Position numbers and translations under genes: made by a program. Of a stretch of DNA of 64,000 bases, positions 1-13,085 are shown piece after piece. The stretch is from Camelus ferus (Eukaryota). The notes under the pieces were generated by a model that worked only from the letters and a program-made list of their open reading frames with translations, made no database searches and was not told the origin of the DNA. Position 1 is the stretch's first letter. Every line of letters begins with the position of its first letter. The DNA is taken from contig NC_045697.1 of NCBI RefSeq assembly GCF_009834535.1, forward strand, positions 51,462,001-51,526,000, read 5' to 3'.

Positions 1-830
1 GAGGTGCTCTCAGGGAGTGGGGCTGATGGGCATCATCCTTGCCTTCTCCCTCTGCTTCACTACAGCTGACTGGTATCTCCCCAAAAGGAGCTTATACACT
101 GGTCTGGAGCCCTCATTTCTGCAATTGCTGACCAGAAGACACTTCCAGATTGCCTGGTTCTGGTAGCTAGCAGTTCTACAGGACTGTATGTATATATTTA
201 CATACTTTAAAAGCTACTATCTAAGGGTCTGGTTTCCAATCAGCCTTAATGTAAGTGCTGATTGAGATTCTCCCCTTTGGGACATTGACAGGTCTTGGCA
301 CACTCTCAACTACTGGGAACTATTAAAAATAAATTAGGCTGCTTAGAAAAATCACAAAGGCTTGAGAGACAACCAAGACTAGGGCAGAGTTGAGTGGTGA
401 GATTCATCTCCTACACAAGGCCAACCTTTCAAGACTGGGCAAGGTGACTGTTTTACATAATGCGTAGAAACCAACCCAGAGAGTCAAAAAAAAAAAGAAG
501 AAAGAGAAGAAGAAACAGAGAAATGTGTTCCAAAGGAAAAAACAAGAAGAAGAAGAAAAAAAAAACAAAACGTTAATGAAACAGAGATAAGTTGTTAACC
601 TGACAAAGAGTTCAAACTAATGGTCATAAGGATGAACACAGCATGAATTTCAACAAAGAAACAGAAAATTAAGAAAGTACCAGAAAGAAGAAGAATACAA
701 AACTGAACTGAAAACATACACAAAGGGCTTCAATTACAGAGTTGTTAAAGTATAACAAAGGATCAGTAAACTTGAGGACAGGGCAGTGGACCTCACCCAG
801 TCAGAACAGCAGAAAGGAAAGAATGAGAAG
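1..830 (+). mobile_element. LINE-1 5' region / ORF1 N-terminal relic, running off the window start
   Basis: Degenerate L1 ORF1-like text (cctgacaaagagttcaaactaatggtcataaggatg ... ggatcagtaaacttgaggacagggcagtgga ... cagtcagaacagcagaaag), A-rich, no open frame. Confidence 0.7.
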
Positions 831-1035
831 TACTGGAGAGGAGTCAGATAAACATCTAAATTAAATTATAAGAGTTCTTAAGGTGATCCATGTGCTGCAC
901 AGAAAAGACTTTTGTGGCTTAAAAATATGATTTGAAAACAAAAATATTCAGCACATGAAATAATGGTCCCTATTGAGACACAGGTTTGTGGTCCAGAAAA
1001 CCAAGTACAAGAAATAATATCAAAACATAGAGCAA

Positions 1036-1132
1036 TACATATGTGTGTATACATATAACTGAATCACTTTGCTGTACACCTGAAACTAACCTGGTAAATC
1101 AAGTATGCTTTAATAAAAAAATTAAATTAAAA
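1036..1132 (+). mobile_element. 5'-truncated L1 3' end (about 100 bp) with TSD
   Basis: Artiodactyl-type L1 tail (tataactgaatcactttgctgtacacctgaaactaac...aataaaaaa) flanked by direct repeat atagagcaa at 1027-1035 and 1133-1141. Confidence 0.8.
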
Positions 1133-1545
1133 ATAGAGCAAAAAGCTAGATGGAAATTATGAGGAAAGGGATAAGAGACTGGAGGGTAAATGCAGGAATT
1201 TGAACATATGGGTAATAGGTATTCAGAAGAGGGAAAAAAAAGAAAAACAGATGGAGGAGGAACAGTAGTTTAACAAATTCCACAGGAACATTTCTCAGGG
1301 CTGAGGTAAGTTTTTAAGTCTTTAAAATTTATTTATTTATTTATTTATTTAGGTGTATAGAAAATCTTTTATTTTTTCCTGTAACTTTTCTATAAGTATA
1401 AATTTTTTTTTAAGGTTAGAAAAAAATTTAAAAATCAAATACCCTTAGGTGGGTTGTGGGGCTATCAGTCATTCATATCTTAGTGTGAATTAGACTACTC
1501 AGATTGCTCTCCTTTTTAAAATTATTATTATTTATTATTTTTTTA

Positions 1546-1628
1546 AAACTTTTTTTATTGAGTTATAGTCAGTTTACAATGTTGTGTCAACTTCCAGAGT
1601 AGAGCACAATTTTTCAGTTATATGTATT
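1546..1628 (-). mobile_element. Short L1 3' end (camelid type)
   Basis: tttttttattgagttatagtcagtttacaatgttgtgtcaacttccagagtagagcacaatttttcagttata closely matches the reverse complement of the L1 tail at 51988-52144. Confidence 0.75.
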
Positions 1629-2084
1629 TAAAATTTAAAGCACACACAAGGTTCCTGGCTGGACTAATGAGGAAAGATACTCACCCATGTATTTTCTGAT
1701 AAAATTCTTGAATTCTAATAGAGAAAGAAAAACTTTTCACAATCTTTTATAAACAGGAAGAAAGAGTAAATTACCTACTGAGCAAAAGGAATCATAATGC
1801 CATTAGAATACCCACATGTAAACAAAGGAAACTAAAAGCCAACTGAATGACATCAGAGGAAAAGGATAGCACCTCAAGAATGCCATATCAAGTCATTTAT
1901 TCACCTGAATGAAGGTATTCAAGGATAGGCGACAAAGCAGAGTCATCCAAGTAAATCCTCTGAGAAAAATATTTCAGATGGTTTAGATAAAATATAAATG
2001 AAACCAAATTAAGAACTCAAGTCAGAGGAAGGATGAAATGAACAGAAATAAAAGGTGAAAAATGAGACTTGCCAAGTGATCAGA

Positions 2085-2175
2085 CTCATTCATTCAACAA
2101 ATATTTATTGTGAGCTAATACATGCCAACAAAGTTTTTGACAATTGAGATTCTACAATGAATAAGATAGACAAGA
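2085..2175 (-). mobile_element. L2 3' end fragment
   Basis: tcattcattcaacaaatatttattg is the reverse complement of the L2 3' terminus. Confidence 0.6.
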
Positions 2176-2463
2176 ATTAAATCATAATAGTTGAATGTAA
2201 TCTGTCTGGGAATAAATAACAATGTTAATTGGGGATGGGTGAAACACAGGGAACAGACTATAATGGGTGTTTAAGTATATGCTAAAATATGCCTGCAAAG
2301 CCTAAGAGAAATTGGTGGAGAGGAGTTAATGCATTCCAAAAGCTTCAAGGTGGGGAAAGGGAAATGATAGTTGTTGGGGTTTGGAGAGGTGGAATTAAAA
2401 GTATTCTAAAGAACTTCTATTGGGGAAAAGTGGCAAAGTAGTTGTTTTAATTGAGATATCCAC

Positions 2464-3086
2464 TGTGGTAGGCTGAACTCTAAAGAGAGTCCCTCATATG
2501 TCTTGCCCTTATCCCCAGGACTGTGAATATGTTAGAATATCATGCATGTGCTTATGTTATCTTACCTGGTAAAGAGATTTTGAAGATGTAATTAAGATTA
2601 CTACATCAGTTGACTTCAAGTTAATAAAAAAAAAGAGATCCTGGGGTAGACCTAATCTAATCCCACAAGCACCTTAAAAGCAGAGCTTTCTATAGTTGGT
2701 GGCAAAAGAGGATGTCAGAAAGATTCAAAGCACAAGAAGGATTCAATGCACCATTGATGGTTTTGAAGATGGAAGGGGCCACGTGCAAGAACTGGAGAGT
2801 GACTTCTAGTTGTTGAAAACAATCTCTGGCCAATAGCTAGAAAATAAAAGAATGCCTTAGTCTTACCCATGTAAGGAATGGGATTCTAATGACAGTGTGA
2901 ATGAGACTGGAAGTAAATTCTCAGACCCTCCAGATAAGTCCAGCATGGCCAGTATTTTGATTTTGGCCTGTGAGAGGCTCCAGCTGCCCAGACTTCTGAC
3001 ATACATAACTGTGAGCTAATAAATGAGTATTGTTTTATTCTGCTGAGTTTGTGGTGATTTGTAATGCATCAGTACAAAACTAACGT
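2464..3086 (+). mobile_element. MaLR solo LTR (MLT1D/E-like)
   Basis: Starts tgtggtaggctgaa; contains ccccaggactgtgaatatgtt and gatgtaattaag; AATAAA then tttgtggtgatttgtaatgcatcagtacaaaactaac. Confidence 0.85.
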
Positions 3087-4239
3087 ATCAGCTTCTGATA
3101 GTATTAAACTGACATTTGATATTTATTACACATTTTTATGTTTTTGACTAATAATTTTATAATTTAAATTTTGTAAGAAATAATTAGTTTATTATAACCT
3201 AATAACAAATATTTAAAGTGAAATAAATAATACAGAAAATAAAGTATTTTGAAGCCCTTTGTAGACCATGGAGTGATACACTCTCCATAGAAGTATATAT
3301 AGAATTTTAGGAAATGCATTCAGAGCACTAGTTTGTTGACTCTTCCTCTTCTGTGAGACCCTTATTAACATTAAGTGTGTTAGCTCAAATGGAAAGTGGC
3401 CTTTGTCTAAGTTAATATGAGGTTTTTAAAAGGCAAACCTTTAATTAACATAGAAAAAGGTTATATGCCTTTTACAGAGATTTGCCTGGTTAGTAGATTT
3501 TTATCATGCTTTGTTACTGTTGTCCTTTATACTTAGATATATATTTTATTATTTACATTTTCTTCATGTCATCCTCTTACCATCTTCAACTTTGTTTTCA
3601 CTTTTATGGTTTATATCCTCCCTCAACTTTTACAAATGAAAATTAACCATATTATTCCCATCTATGGAATATGGAATATAGTATTTCTTAAATAATTAAG
3701 ATATAATTTCTGGGTTGACCTAATCTTATGATTTCTTAATTAAAAGACATTTCACAGTTATACAAAGCTTGAGAGTCAGTGTGAAACTGGAAAGAATGTT
3801 GTACTATATTAGAAGTTGGAGAACTGAGTTCAATCTTCAGACTTCCATTAGCTAGTATTACGCTCTTTGACAAAAATCTTTTCCATTTTAACGTTTGAAA
3901 TTCAGTGAAGTGGTTTTTATGTTGTAGAACCCTAGATGTTTCTTGAAGATCACCAGTTTTGCTCTAGAAATAGGAAGTCAAGAGCAAGTAGGGTGGCTTT
4001 AGGTTGCCTACTCCTGTTTTAAGTGGGGTAGTCTATCTTTTATCTGTTTTATATAATTCTGTGTCATATTTTATTTAAAGAAATAGCTGTATAGCTTTGA
4101 AAAAATAAACAACAAGCAATTAGATGATTTGTAAGATTTGTCCTGGTTTAAATATAGGTATCCTTCTCCACCTGAATTCTCTTTTTAGAATTCAGTAACT
4201 GAACAGATTCAGATAGCAAGGGATAGATATTATGCAATA

Positions 4240-4640
4240 TATTAGTCATACTCCATAGAAACAGAACCAAAAGGATGTGTTTATTTAAAATTTGGTTCAT
4301 GTGATTGTGGAGGTTTTGTAAGTCCAAAATCTTCAAGGTAGGCTAAAGACCAAGGAAAGAGTTGCACTTTGAGTCCAAAGGCTGTTTGCTAGTAGAATTC
4401 CTTCATGGTTATAACAGGGTGGTGGTGGTGGCGGTGTCTGTCTATGTTCTATTAAGGCCTTCATATGATTGGATGAAGTCCAACCACATTTTGGAGGATA
4501 ATCTGTTTTACCCTAAATCCACTGATTTAAATGTTAATTTGGTCCAAATAACACCCTCACGGAAACATCCAGAATAATGTTTGACCATCTATCTGGGCAC
4601 CATGGCCCAGCCAAGTTGACACATAGAATTAACTGTCTCA
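4240..4640 (-). mobile_element. ERVL solo LTR (MLT2-like)
   Basis: agaaacagaaccaa ... ggcccagccaagttgacacatagaattaac is the reverse complement of the MLT2 consensus; homologous to 20612-21103. Confidence 0.85.
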
Positions 4641-6714
4641 TATTATAAAGAGAGAAAATGGAATCTTGTAACTATACAGTTACTCTTCTGACAATAGACA
4701 AGAATATGTACTAGTAAGATAAAATACTAAGTGCGTTTTATTTTATGGAAAATAACAGAATTAGAAAAATTCAAAGTTTTATTCCAAAAAGAAGTAAAGC
4801 ATATTATTTGGGGAAGCTAAAACATCTTTGGATTTTTAAGTTAATTTGCTTGGAAAAAATTTCTCCCCTTTGAGTAAATGTTGGGCATAGTGTCATAGAG
4901 AAACATCTGCTCCCAGGTAAGACCTATTTCTTCAACCACAGAACTATCTCCACAGCCCTTAGAGGTCCATGAATTCGTAGTTTCTCAATCTTTACTAAAT
5001 CTCTGCTCCTTTCTAAATCTCTGCTTTTCATATCTACTTACTGTTTCCCTTTTTTATTCCTCCCATCTTTGTTCATTTGTTTTTATTGTCTTCAGCAACT
5101 TTTTAGTATATCATAACATTTTGCAAGAAACAAATAAACATATTCTTAGTAGATTGCCCTATAGAGTATATCATTTTTATATTTGTTCATTTGGCAGTTG
5201 TCCTCGATGCAAAATGAAAGGGCAAGGTACACTCATTTTACAGAACAATAGAAAAATAAAGCAATTGTTCAAATTTACCGATAAACACAATGAATAATAA
5301 AGATTCCCTTTTTTCTGAGGTCCAAATGAAATTCATACAATTTAGTAATGTATATCTTAGAATAAAAATAGTTTGTGTAGTGCTGAAGCTTCCCTTGAAT
5401 AGGTTTTCCCCCAAAGCATATTTTATTGCTTACGTAATTATTTTATTTTCTGTATCTTGACTTCTAGAGCTATTCAGATATTAATATGCCTTAAAAAATA
5501 TTTCACTATGAAGTGACATGCATGACGTATTTGTTTGTAATGACATCTTGCTGCCAAATTCCCAAAGGAGCAAAAACAAAGTTTCTCAAGCTCTCATAAC
5601 AACTCATCTGTATTCTTGCAGCATGATTCCTTGATTATGCATTGCTCCCTTGTGTTGGGCCAAGGTTATAACTGATTTATCTACTTTGCAGCCTCAGAAA
5701 GAGACTGATATTTTATCTCCTAGAAGAAATATGATGAATAAGCCTTTCAATATTTTTAAGACTGAAAGGCTGTGGCATAAAACCCTGGAATAGAGGCTAA
5801 AACTTTTTCATGCTCCTGAAGTAATTAAATTCAAGGGAAAAGCAGTTGGTCCGGGTGAGCAGTGAAGACAATAAGCTGGTGATCAAGGGTGCTCCCTCCA
5901 TCTTTCAGGAAGTGATCGGGGGTGAACTCAAAATGTCACCAGCTTTTGGGAAAGACAACATCGCCTGTAACCAACCTGATTTGAGTCGCTTTAGAAATAA
6001 GAATGGTGTGCTGAGAGTTATCCTGGAGATTGTTCTAGGAAAAACACTCACTTGTTACCAGAGGTTAAGGGAGAAAGGAACAGATTTTAGACTTGAATAT
6101 AGTGGCTGCACTTAAGTGAGCTTTTCTCACAGGAACGTTTTCTTCCCTCCTCCTTCCCCAACTTCAGTAAGACAGGCCTGCGTCTTATTTATTGTTGTGT
6201 AACAGGAACCTCACACTGGGCTTGGGATAAGGCTGGATGCTAAAAAATTATTTGTTAAATTGAGCAAACGAAACTGATTTTTCACTACTTACGTGCTGTT
6301 TATTCTACCTTTGCTTATTCTGCTGTATTGGGGGATCTTACAATGACTGTGATTGAATGCTAAGGCTCAGAATGAAGTGACTAAGCAGCACTGGCATAAA
6401 TAGTAACATCACCTGTTTTTATGAATCAACACACAAAAGAAGACTTAGAGGCAAATTTCAGGCTTAAATATAGAATGTCCATCTCTATACTAAGTCCACA
6501 GAAAACTTGATATCCTTCCAGCATCTACCCAAAGAAGATAAAATGTTAATTTCCAGGAAGTTCAGTCCAGTAATTCCTCAGAATTTCTTTCCTAAACTTT
6601 CTCTTAAAGCCAAACACTGAATAGTTATGCCCCTCAGGGCTGACTCATACAGTAGTGTTTTGCTTTATTACTTGCATTTGTTTATTTCTAATTCTGGCTT
6701 TAGAAGTAGAATTA

Positions 6715-7570
6715 GAAGTTGCACACTGATGGTCTACCCCCAAATATTGCTCACATAGTTGGTTTTGTTTGGTATTTTAAAAGTTAGTGTTTGTATTTGG
6801 GGGTCCTTCAAATCACCCTCAGATTCAGTGAGTGATTTGCTAGAAGGACTTACATAACATAGAGAAATGGTTGTACTCATGGTTAGAGTTTATTACATCA
6901 AAAGGATAAAGATTAGAATCGGCAATGGGAAAAGGTGCATAGGGCAAATTCCAGGAGACAACAGGCACACACTTCCAGTTGTTCTATCCCAGTACTCATG
7001 GGGGCAGTTCTTAATTCTCTCAGTGATGATACATGACAGCCTGCATAGGATGTTGCCAACCAGGGAAGTTTACCTGAGTCTTCATGTCTGGTGCTTTCCT
7101 TGGTTGGTCACGTAGGTATGACTGACTGCCCGTGAAGAATGGCTTTATTCTCCATTCTTTCCAGGGGTTAAGCTGATCACACGACCCTAGGTCCCTATAA
7201 TAAATCACACTGTTAGCATAGACTATCTGATGTGGTCCAGGGATCTTAGGTAAATAAAATACTCTAATCAGGCAAGATATTCCAAGGGCTTAGAGGTTCA
7301 AATATTTCTTTGGAATGTGCAGAATGTAGTCAGCCCAGACCTGTTGAATGAATCCTCTACTGCACAGCATTAATAGTAAATCTATGAGATTTAGGAAGTT
7401 TTACATGAAATATGGATTTTTGGATTCTCTTGTGAAAACTGGATGATCTGGCGCATGTGCCAACCTGGCTGCCACTGATGGGAACTGAGCAGCCATTTTA
7501 CTTTACTTCAGCTCACCAAAGTCTTTTGATGTTACACCCATCTTGTTTTGCACAATTATGTGACTTGCTC
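6715..7570. mobile_element. hAT-Charlie MITE (MER102-like) split by an LTR
   Basis: atggatttttggattctcttgtgaaaactggatgatctggc resembles the MER102 core; pieces lie on both sides of the 6792-7366 LTR. Confidence 0.5.
6792..7366 (-). mobile_element. ERVL solo LTR (MER77/MER68/LTR53 group)
   Basis: TG...CA ends; gatttgctagaaggact, gttgtactcatgg, gggaaaaggtgcatagggc, ccagggaagt; decayed 5-bp TSD gtgtt/gcatt. Confidence 0.8.
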
Positions 7571-10500
7571 ATCTCTTATAAGTATTATATTATAGATGAT
7601 TTGGAAACCAAGAGATTTGTTGAAGATTCAGAATTAAATAAAAAAAGGTCATCCTTTTACCTCCTGAATTTATTTTGTGTCTCCTCAAGCTATTTTTCTG
7701 TGCTGCTCTGTTCTTTGTCATTAAGAACCACTTATTCACTTAACCCATGGGAAAAATTATTATTCTGAGAATGTCATCATTATCCAAATAAAAGAACCAG
7801 AAGATTTCTCTGGAGTAATAGTTTTCAAAAATTTTTAATCTGGAAGCTATAAAGAATTTGTTTCTTTGCAATAAAATAACTATAGATTGTCTAGTTTTTC
7901 TAAACTCATTCATCCCCTTCTCCTCCTAAACTACCCTCACCAGAATTAAAGAAATCAATATTGTTTCTTACTTTATCTGGTATCACTTAGTTTTAACTTG
8001 AGAGCCAGGAAATAAACTTTTAGATTACATGTGACCACTTGTAGCACTTTTTGTTGGGACCTGTTCTAAGTTGCTCCCCTACAACCTGGCTACTAAGTTG
8101 ACTAATAAAAGCAATTCACAGAACAAAAATACCATACATCCAGGTATTTGTTAAATAAACATTCTTCAGAAAATAGGCATAAAATGATTCTTATTTTTTG
8201 TTTGGTAAGCTTGGTGAGTCCCAGCTCTGTGTCCTTTCAGATGCTTTGGCTGTCTTATTACAAGAACAATTTGCTCTAGGCACACTCTATCAGTGCAGAG
8301 GTAGAACAAGGCAACTGAATTTCTCCTAATCCAAGGAGTCAAAAAAGGACTTTAGGGATCAAGCCTCAGCGTTAACCATAAAGGTGCAGGCCAGAAGCTT
8401 CCAAGATTCCCAGTCTCTGTTCAAGTATGTTTGAAGGGTCATGAAAATATTTTAGCTAATCCACATGTCTTGAATATCTTGAGCCTATTTCTAACATTTG
8501 TCTCACTAGCAATTTCTCCAATAAAAACAATTTCTGCTGCTTGCTTCATTAGTTAGCAAAGCCTCAGCTGTTGACTGAGATATGGCTAACCAAAATGCCT
8601 TCAGTGGCCACCTTGGAGTGTGGCCTTTCTGAAAAAAACACCAGTTGACTCTTCCTGTAGTTTGGATTTTATACAGTGATCGCTTACCTTAGCACTGAAG
8701 TTTAAACTAGGTGGCACATTCATAATACTACACTCTCTCTGTGGAATTATCTTAAAATAAGTTAAATATCTTAACATCTTTCCAGATTTCTAGGGGTAGT
8801 AATTTCCAGATTACAGCTTGAAAAAGAAAGTATATATCATATGACATGTCCCCTAGTCCAAAGCAAGAGTTGCACTTAAAATATCCATGTATATAGGTAT
8901 CTGTCATATTTCTTAAATTCTGTGGTCATTGTGGAGATAGGAGAAACTTCATGAGTTGATGGTTTTTATACTTTAACTCTTTTGCTGATACTTACTTTGA
9001 GAAAAATATGCCAGTTTTGTAAACCTAAAAAGTAATGACTAATAAAGGAATATGACATATTACATAGAGCATATGGTCATAAGATAATAAATCATAATGA
9101 AAAACTAGTACCCGGAATGTAGGGGTTAAAAAAAACTTGGTTTGCGGCAGCTTATTTGACTGGCTTTGAGATTTGTTCTCCATATCAGTGGGCAAGGAAC
9201 TTATAAAAATCTAAGAAATATTGTGTTAATCTTAGTGCAATAATGTAAAAGCGAGGTTTTTCTCTTGAGTTAGAAGTTATCAAGAATTGAAAGTTCCATT
9301 TGTAACTGTGTACTTAGAGCCATTAAAAAGTCAGCTTTAGTACTGAAAGTCCTATAGGAAAACTAAATTTGTTATTAAGACTCTGGTGTTCTCTAGTTCC
9401 CAATCTGTTTTTCCCTCCACTAAAACAATTGTTTTTACAGCATGGTTTTGGATAACTAAGGTTTCTTAGGAGCATAAGGATCACATTATAGCAGAATAGA
9501 AGGGATTTAATGCAACATTAATAGTATATATGTGACTAGAAAGAGACAGGTGGGGGGATTTGTGAATATTTGAGTCATTTTCTTTAAACCTTGTGATTTT
9601 GTGTTATGAGAAGACTTTTAGCTTATTAATGGTTATTCTTTTGATGTTTAAAAGCATAACGATGATTTTTATTTCTTTAAAATTTACATCAAACAGGTAC
9701 TTAAGCTTATTCTTTGATATCGATACAAAATTAAATATTACATTTTGTATATTTGCATACTCAGTTGTGTATAATACACATATAGTTATACCCTTATATA
9801 TACCAGCTGTGAACCTTCTTTTCTTTGCCAAAGGGTTTTTCTTTCCCATATTCCAGTTATAACCGCCTTAGGGTTTCTTCTCTTTGCCTGCTCGTTCAGC
9901 AGCATTCACCCTGAAAGATGAATGTGATTGGGATCATGTATAAAATACAGCTGGTAAAGGAGCAGGGAGAAAAAGAGAGAAAGAAGTTCTGTGTCAGGAA
10001 AGGGGATGTTTTAGTGCAGGAACTACAGAAGGCAATAGATGTTGGGTAGTATTTCTCCAGCATTTGAAGGAATGTCATAAAATGTGTTAATCATTAAGGG
10101 AAACAAACCCTTTGGATAACTCATTCATGTGTTATCTTCGACTAAATCTGAAGCTGGTGCTTATTCTGCTAGTGATTTCCTGTCTACAATGGGGAAAAGA
10201 ATTACTATTTTTAATTATATGATAGTGAAACCCTTGACGGCAGGGCACATTGCCTTCGTTTGAGAACCATTTTACTGTTTTTATTTTATGGATGTTAACA
10301 GTATATTTCATCAGTTTTGAATGGTTTCCCGTTAAGATTTAATGAGGGTGAGGCTGAGGGGTAAAAGGGACAGAATAAAATAGTTCTCAAAATTCTCTTT
10401 CCAGTGCAATCCAGAAAGATCTCTGAACTTTGAATTCTCCCTTTAGACAAAAAAAAAAAAAAAAATCAGAGGAACTGTGATACATATTTTTAAAATATTC

Positions 10501-11009
10501 ATTAACTAAATAGGAAAAAAGTCACAGAGTGCCAGTTATTACTATTATTTTTAATGTAAAGATGCAGAGTCCCAGTATTTAGAAAGAACTCTTAATTCAT
10601 GATTGGATTGAGCCTAATCAGTGTATATCCATTAATTGTATACTAAATTTTATTACTGTTTCAGGTACATTCCTTTACATAACCAAAAATATTTCCTGAA
10701 AACTTTTGGCACATACATATAATTGGCAAACATTTGTAGTATTATTACTATTACTATTATTATTATCTGAAATTTACTTTTATAGGTGTTTCACTAAAGA
10801 GTCTAGTGGTTATCAAGCACCACTCAGTTTCATAATGGTTCTGGAGAAGAGAACAGAGCTGTGAGCTCAGCCATCTGCATCAGCTTCGTCTTTATCTGAT
10901 GATGGTAACCTGGTATGATGCCTGGCATATATAGTAGGAATTCAATAAATGGTTTTGCTTGAGTAACTGGAAAAGAGGAATGCATAAGCTGTGGTTGACA
11001 CACTGAACT

Positions 11010-11160
11010 GTCACATTTAATCCTCAGACCTCTCAAGTGGATACCATTTTTATCTCTGTTTTATTAATGAGGAACCTTGACTGGTGTGTTTTTGTACCTT
11101 GCCCAAGGTCATATAACATAATGAGTGGTAGACCTGAAATTTGAAGGCAAGTTGTTTAAC
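11010..11160 (-). mobile_element. MIR SINE fragment
   Basis: catttaatcctca...ttttattaatgaggaac...ttgcccaaggtcata...tttgaaggcaag, the MIR core in reverse. Confidence 0.6.
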
Positions 11161-12606
11161 TTACTGTTACACTAACTTGTTTTGCCACAGCATTCTAAAT
11201 ACTTAAATTTTTTTAGAAGGAAAGGAGAAGCTCAAAGTTTGCAGGGAGAATGCTTTTGAGACCTAGTGGTTTTGCTGTCCCAGGACAGTGATTGATGCAT
11301 GATTTTAAAGGGATATATGAATGCTCTGAGTTTCTGCTTTGGGCAGGAGATTTTTTTTTTCTTTTAATGCAAACATTTCCAAATGGGAAAGGGAAAAAAG
11401 ATCTTAGAAATATTTATTCTTTCTTGAAAAGTCTTTTGAATACAGGGGAAGAAAAATCCCAGCAATGTGAAGCTGGGGCTGAGATGCAGGTGCTGGTAAC
11501 TTTTGATAGATCAAATTACAGCGTTTATTCTAGTAACGACACCAACTTACTGTCTTTTAATTTTCTACTGAATTTTCTGCTCTAAGTTTAGATTTTTGCA
11601 ACATTAAACTGTTTCTGAAACAGTTTCTACGGAAACCTCTCAGGCAAGCCACTTAAGTCAATAATTAGAAAGTCATTATGTGTAAATTACGTGAAACAAG
11701 CTGTGTGCCTGGAGGAACAGATGGGAAGGGGCGGTTTCAGAGATTTCAGCAACAGTGTTCTCTATCTTTCATTCCTTCTCTAACAGCCCCTTGGAAAACA
11801 AGCTTTTCAAGGTCCACAACCATGTTCAGGATCAATATGTAAAGTCTGTGTGCCATGTCTGACCTCCAGTAATCTTGGAGCCTCACCTCACCCCAGAACT
11901 TCGACTCATCCCTGCTCCCTCTCTCTTTCTGCCACCCTAGTACACATGTGTGATTTCAGCAGTGGGTTGGGGTGAGGGTGGGGGTGGGGATGGGGAGCTG
12001 TGATGTACTTGGATATTCTCCAAGTAGTCCAGCTTTCTGGGATAATTTTGTTACACTTAACTGAAATTGATGCAGCCCCCTTCCTTTAACCTCACATTAC
12101 ATGTTTGGTGGGAACGCAAAACAATTCCTAGTATTTGGGGCAAAATATGATTTTCTTAGTGCCCAGCAGGGGGTGGAGATTATGATTTCCCTGATGGATT
12201 CCTGCCTCTGCCTCTCTGAACTCTGTCTGCTCTGCACTTTACTTCTCTCCACTCTATTCTTTGCTGCCTTTCTCCAGGTCAAAAAATTCAACCTATTCTG
12301 TCATTCAGAGCAATTTAATTTTCTGCAGTCATGACTGCAAACTTAACTCCAGACCTACTTTTGCATATTCAAAAAAAAAATCAGCAGAAAGCTTGCAAAA
12401 CAAAGCTTCTGGGCTCTGTTAGCATCAGGAAGAACCCTCAGAAGCTTTAAAATGACAGTTTTTCCTTTATCTTGGGCCAGCAGCTCAAGTTCTTGGGTAA
12501 GGCTTTCTCCTCTGTGAAAGTAGAAGGCTGCAGTCAGTACTGTTTGTTTTGCTAATAGAGAATACTTCCCAGGTTTCTTGTTTCCAGGCAGAGAAACATT
12601 TATTAC

Positions 12607-13085
12607 TGCAGGGGAGGAAAAATGTTTCCTCTACTTTTCTTTGGCTGATCCAATATTCAAATTAACACAGGACAGATTAACAGCACAAAAACAAATTTAA
12701 TTACATACATACAAGGGCCTCATAGTATTATGAGACCCACAGGTAGTCAGGCAGTTGAGGCTTATATGTCATCCTGAGTTAAGGAAAACAGGATAGGGGT
12801 CTAGGACTTCAAAGGGGAGGGAGACAATTCACAGGAAGCTGGGAAGAGCAAATGTTTTGTAAAGCCGAGCTCCCCTCCAGTTTACTGCACCCAGCCCACA
12901 TTCTTTGCAGGTATCTCCAGTGACAGTGCTCTTCCTGGACCAGGCCTTCTATCCAGATTCTTTTAGGCAGTTAAGGAAGAGGTAAAAGTTTTTCTTGAGT
13001 CTGCTGGGTCTTGACTGCCTTCAGTTCAAAATAGTCTGCTTGCCAAAGGGGACTATTTTGGGGAGACTTGTTCTCATCACCTTCA
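12607..13085 (-). mobile_element. ERV1 solo LTR (MER34/MER31/MER67 group)
   Basis: Minus strand starts tgaagg...ccccaaaatagtcccctttggca...tattttgaactgaaggca; TG/CA ends; 4-bp flanks ttac/tgac. Confidence 0.8.

Larger units (their letters stand above)
900..2080 (+). mobile_element. Old HAL1/L1ME ORF1-like relic, interrupted by younger insertions
   Basis: ORF1-like segments at about 1145-1310 (aacatatgggtaataggtattcagaagagg) and 1630-2080; family assignment from resemblance only. Confidence 0.5.

Noticed and set aside
9800..9955. Minus-strand terminal exon ending GECC* or VNAAERAGKEKKP*
   Set aside because: Acceptor-like sites exist, but I found no partner exons, no recognised protein and only a weak donor
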